DNA of 54,625 nt from Octopus bimaculoides (taxonomy: Eukaryota): NCBI RefSeq assembly GCF_001194135.2, contig NC_068990.1:5591593-5646217 (forward strand), given 5' to 3'. Below are positions 50,129-54,625 of the stretch, in pieces. Below the pieces are notes generated by a model. It was not told the DNA's origin. It searched no databases and worked only from the letters and a program-made list of their open reading frames with translations. How positions within the stretch are numbered: the first letter of the stretch is position 1; every line of letters begins with the position of its first letter. Position numbers and translations under genes: made by a program.

Positions 50129-50805
50129 NNNNNNNNNNNNNNNNNNNNNNNNNNNNNNNNNNNNNNNNNNNNNNNNNNNNNNNNNNNNNNNNNNNNNNNN
50201 NNNNNNNNNNNNNNNNNNNNNNNNNNNNNNNNNNNNNNNNNNNNNNNNNNNNNNNNNNNNNNNNNNNNNNNNNNNNNNNNNNNNNNNNNNNNNNNNNNNN
50301 NNNNNNNNNNNNNNNNNNNNNNNNNNNNNNNNNNNNNNNNNNNNNNNNNNNNNNNNNNNNNNNNNNNNNNNNNNNNNNNNNNNNNNNNNNNNNNNNNNNN
50401 NNNNNNNNNNNNNNNNNNNNNNNNNNNNNNNNNNNNNNNNNNNNNNNNNNNNNNNNNNNNNNNNNNNNNNNNNNNNNNNNNNNNNNNNNNNNNNNNNNNN
50501 NNNNNNNNNNNNNNNNNNNNNNNNNNNNNNNNNNNNNNNNNNNNNNNNNNNNNNNNNNNNNNNNNNNNNNNNNNNNNNNNNNNNNNNNNNNNNNNNNNNN
50601 NNNNNNNNNNNNNNNNNNNNNNNNNNNNNNNNNNNNNNNNNNNNNNNNNNNNNNNNNNNNNNNNNNNNNNNNNNNNNNNNNNNNNNNNNNNNNNNNNNNN
50701 NNNNNNNNNNNNNNNNNNNNNNNNNNNNNNNNNNNNNNNNNNNNNNNNNNNNNNNNNNNNNNNNNNNNNNNNNNNNNNNNNNNNNNNNNNNNNNNNNNNN
50801 NNNNN

Positions 50806-50841
<36 letters not shown>

Positions 50842-50869
50842 GAGTATATGCCTATGTGTGTGTGTGTGT

Positions 50870-51085
50870 CTTTGTGTCTGTGTTTGTCCCACCCTCTTCA
50901 TCGCTTGACAACCGCTTTTGGTGTATCTTTGTCTGTGCAACTTAGCACTTCCACGAACGACCGACAGAACAGGTATTAGGCTTTAAAAAAATTGAGTCGT
51001 GGAGTCGATTTATCCAACTAAAACTCGTCAATGCTCTGCCTCAGGATGGCTGCAGTCAAATGACTGAAGCAAGAGAAAGATCAGA
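50870..51085 (+). mobile_element. SINE family B 3' half
   Basis: catcgcttgacaacc...gtcgattt...atggctgcagtcaaatgactgaagcaag. Confidence 0.75.
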
Positions 51086-51099
51086 AGAATAAAATAATC

Positions 51100-51250
51100 A
51101 TTACATTCTGAGTTCAAATTCCGCCGATGTCGACTTTGCGTTTCATTCTTTCGGGGTCGATAAATTAAGTACGAGTTGCGTACTGAGGTCGAGCTAATCG
51201 ACTGGACCCACCCCCAAGAAATGTCGGTTCTTGTGCCCAGAGTAGAAAAG
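51100..51250 (+). mobile_element. SINE family A, 5'-truncated
   Basis: ttctgagttcaaattccgccgatgtcgactttgc...ggggtcgataaattaagtac...agagtagaaaag. Confidence 0.88.
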
Positions 51251-51307
51251 AATAAAATAATTTACATTATTTACATTTGACGGATATTCGTCCTCATCTT
51301 TGTTGTT

Positions 51308-51353
51308 AACACAACGTTTCGGATGATATACTCTCCAGCCTTCGTCAGGTGTC
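51308..51353 (-). ncRNA. Minimal type I hammerhead ribozyme, antisense arm copy
   Basis: Same motif on the minus strand with one helix II mismatch (GGCUG/CAUCC). Confidence 0.72.
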
Positions 51354-51371
51354 TTGGGGAAATTTCCCAAA

Positions 51372-51417
51372 GACACCTGACGAAGGCTGGAGGGTATATC
51401 AGCCGAAACGTTGTGTT
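51372..51417 (+). ncRNA. Minimal type I hammerhead ribozyme
   Basis: GACAC-CUGACGA-A-GGCUG-(10 nt)-CAGCC-GAAA-CG-UU-GUGUU. Helix I GACAC/GUGUU; helix III reduced to the palindrome AACGUU; GUU triplet. Confidence 0.8.
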
Positions 51418-53514
51418 AACAACAAACAAGATGAGGACGAATATCCGTCAAATGTAAATAACGTAAATAATTCCTCATCTCTTAAATATAGAATAAAATA
51501 ATCGTACTTACTTTCGTATATCTTCATATGAGAGGAACTGGCACCAAAATATGTTTAGACCGGACCGTCAAACCAAAGATATACGCAGTTTATTAACGTT
51601 CCCATTCCCCGAAAATATGACCTCGTGCTCCATCGGCTCCCCATATGTCACACCCATTTGCTGAACCACTCTAATTGAAGCTGTTCAAACTCCTTATCTT
51701 TACTATGAGAGCAATAAATAAACTTATTCATCAGGTTAAAATAGTTTGTTACCAGTGCATTCTACCGAGCTCAAACACATTAATACAGCGATGATGATTA
51801 TACGTTTTACTTTAAGTAAATTAGAGTTAATTGAATAGCTCTCGCAAGTGTTAAATATTTAATTAGAGAAATTGTACTTGCTGTATTACATAATTAAGTT
51901 CATAGATGCTTCTTCGGCTGAAGTAATTTATTAATTTTTCCCACTTGGTTGCTACCAAAGTCATGTGACATAGAAGTATTTAAATGTGCAAACATAGGAT
52001 ATACTTACATTTTAATGTTTCGAAAAAAAATAAATAGATAAAACTTATAGAAATGAAATACAAAAGGTATGATCAGATGTATATAATGTTAAATTTCTCA
52101 GACGTTTTACGTGATCTAGCTATTATAGTCATCTCCTGAAAGGTTTAGAAGATGCAAAAGTGTAGACTACAGTATTCGACCGATGTATTTTTTTTAATGA
52201 ATGCAGAGAATTCATTATCATTATTATTGAATGAGAGAGCAGCACGTGCCATCAAAGTGACACTAAGGTACGAATATACACATGGCTATGATGCTCCCTC
52301 CATTTCGACACTTTCGAAGAGCATTTGGTTTATGAAAGATAGTGGAGAAAGCAACCCTACAATAAAATGGTGTGCTCTAGCAATGACAAAAGCTTAAATT
52401 TATCGTAGTAGGCATTATCTGTGTGCAATTGAAAAACTCAAAACCATGATTTCACTGACTGTATCTTTGAACAGGTGAGATGAAATGTTATCGTCTCGTT
52501 TTCATGTTAAAATATTCCCATTTTAAAGTTTGAATCGTTTTGTATACCAGCAGATTTCGGATTGTAAATTGGTGGACACCACAATTGACAGACAGTCATA
52601 TGAATTCATAGAATTAGATTAGTAAGATCAAATTAAGATATTAACTAGTACTACCAAGTTAAATATCGGAGTAACAGCTCCTCAAGAATAGCAGGACCTT
52701 ACGCATAATGAGTGTCATCAAGGACGTGAAGAAATCGCAAAGAAGATTTTAATAATCTTAAACCATGTCATTGTTTATTTTCCTAATATGTCTATCCATC
52801 CAGGCAAATACTGGGTTTGTCATGAGCTTCAAATGCACACTTCCATGCCACAAAATTATACCGGAAGGTTTGGCGCCATCTCGGCTAAACAAAACTTTTG
52901 TTAATTATAGAACACTACGCAATAAGACTGATCACTTAAAAGTAAAAAATTCAAGTAACACGATATATATGCATGCATGCATGCATGAATGTATGTATGT
53001 ATGTATGTATGTATGCATGCATATATGTACGTATGTATGTACAGTGTCAAATGATATAATATACAGCACCAGTAACAAAGGGTAAAGTGAGTACTTTTAT
53101 GTTTTATACAACAAATTAAAAGAAACCAATACATATACGCACACACAAATATATGTAATTGTATACATACGCATATATACATGTATATATATAAATACAC
53201 AAGTGCTCACAACTAAATGTATATATGTATATGTGTATATATTTATGTCCGTGTTTTATATTTAGGTGTAATTAAATATACGCTGTATAAATATGTGGTA
53301 TGTTCCTATGTACGTATATGGTCTGGTTATCAGATTATAATTTACCTTTGTTCCTATCTCCTTTGATATAGCATTGTGATTGATATATTTGGTGTTGTAT
53401 ATCTCAGATAGCAAAAATCTTTTGTGTGATTTCTTCATTGTCTGAGAAAATGGCGTTATCAGCATTTTGAGGCCTTTAGAACATATACATACATACATAC
53501 ATACATACATACAT

Positions 53515-53555
<41 letters not shown>

Positions 53556-54207
53556 NNNNNNNNNNNNNNNNNNNNNNNNNNNNNNNNNNNNNNNNNNNNN
53601 NNNNNNNNNNNNNNNNNNNNNNNNNNNNNNNNNNNNNNNNNNNNNNNNNNNNNNNNNNNNNNNNNNNNNNNNNNNNNNNNNNNNNNNNNNNNNNNNNNNN
53701 NNNNNNNNNNNNNNNNNNNNNNNNNNNNNNNNNNNNNNNNNNNNNNNNNNNNNNNNNNNNNNNNNNNNNNNNNNNNNNNNNNNNNNNNNNNNNNNNNNNN
53801 NNNNNNNNNNNNNNNNNNNNNNNNNNNNNNNNNNNNNNNNNNNNNNNNNNNNNNNNNNNNNNNNNNNNNNNNNNNNNTATATATATATATATATATATAT
53901 ATATCTTAACACAAATAGACACATATACAAATAGACACATATACAAATAGACACACATATAAATACACACACACACACACACACACATACACACGCACGT
54001 ATATATATTTATATATAATTCCTGCTGGTTAGAATAAAGTCTCTATACAAGTTAGAGACAATCGAAGAATTACGTTGGTATAATGGTAAAACGCCGTTCA
54101 TGCTTACTTTGTTTTCATGTCTCGGGGAAACATTCAACTTCTTCTGTCTAAAGGATGTTTAACCTCACATTGAGCGCTATCGTTTATATCTTTGTATTTT
54201 TCAAGAT

Positions 54208-54545
54208 GGTGAAGGCGCATGGCTCAGTGGTTAGAGCGACTAAATTACGACCGTGAGGTTGTGAGTTCGAATCCTGGACTGGGCTGCGTATTGTGTTCTT
54301 GACCAAGACACTTTATTTCACGTTGCTCCAGTTTACTCAGCTGTAGAAAGGAGATGCGATGTTACTGGTGCCAAGCTGTATCGGCCTTTTCCTTTTCCTT
54401 GGATAACATTGGTGGCATGGAGAGGGGAGGCTGGTATGCATGGGCAATTACTGGTCTTCCACAAACAACCTTGCCCAGACTTGTGCCTCGGAGGGTATCT
54501 TTCTCGGTGCAATCCCATGTTCATTTGTCACAGAAGGGGGTCACC
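54208..54545 (+). mobile_element. tRNA-derived CORE-type SINE, near full length
   Basis: A box tggctcagtgg (54220-30), B box gttcgaatcc (54265-74), CORE-like tgtgttcttgaccaagacactttatttcac, and a unique 3' body. Confidence 0.85.
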
Positions 54546-54581
54546 GATTCTTCAAGATCTATCATTCCCAATATATATATA

Positions 54582-54625
<44 letters not shown>

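Larger units (their letters stand above)
51262..51493. mobile_element. Spacer-less palindromic element with back-to-back minimal hammerheads (PLE-derived-like)
   Basis: ~100-bp arms symmetric about 51362/51363, plus a short asymmetric tail. Flanked by the direct repeat (agaa)taaaataat. Second copy at 1339-1515. Confidence 0.85.
4473..53877. other. Nine assembly gaps: approx. 4473-4482, 10553-11090, 12691-13227, 16336-16568, 32913-33518, 34910-35603, 44506-44770, 50129-50805, 53556-53877
   Basis: Runs of N, nearly all bordered by (TA)n or (CT)n microsatellites. Confidence 0.97.

Noticed and set aside
10471-53994. Many long ORFs in the supplied track (poly-X, YIYI, CVCV, SLSL, RERE, THTH)
   Set aside because: They are artefacts of N-gaps and dinucleotide microsatellites, which contain no stop codons in some frames.
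54212-54285. Possible tRNA gene
   Set aside because: It has A and B boxes but no closing acceptor stem, and it continues into a CORE-like SINE body.

Overview
This is AT-rich eukaryotic non-coding DNA with many microsatellites and nine N-gaps. I found no convincing host protein-coding exon, rRNA, true tRNA gene or CRISPR array. The SINE, LINE and mariner repertoire, which I recognise from memory and not from a database search, fits an Octopus (coleoid cephalopod) scaffold best. The window is mostly decayed transposons: Tc1 and several mariner relics, a Tx1/L1-like LINE, a gag-like CCHC ORF1, an R4/Dong-like 5' fragment beside a (TAA)n array, a Penelope-like (PLE) GIY-YIG fragment, and many tRNA-derived SINEs. 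The main unexplained signal is a dense set of type I hammerhead ribozyme (HHR) motifs in at least three apparently unrelated small non-coding elements. (i) At 18906-19630, a ~360-bp-period retrozyme-like array has a complete HHR with a long extended helix I, a Pol III box-B-like hairpin and an inverted partial copy. (ii) At 44295-44919, two tandem diverged HHRs have palindromic helix III and compensatory changes. (iii) At 51262-51493 and 1339-1515, a spacer-less palindromic element flanked by direct repeats carries back-to-back minimal HHRs; the second copy is centre-deleted. A further HHR-like core lacking helix I lies at 24759-24791. All structures were paired by eye, and no cleavage activity has been shown.
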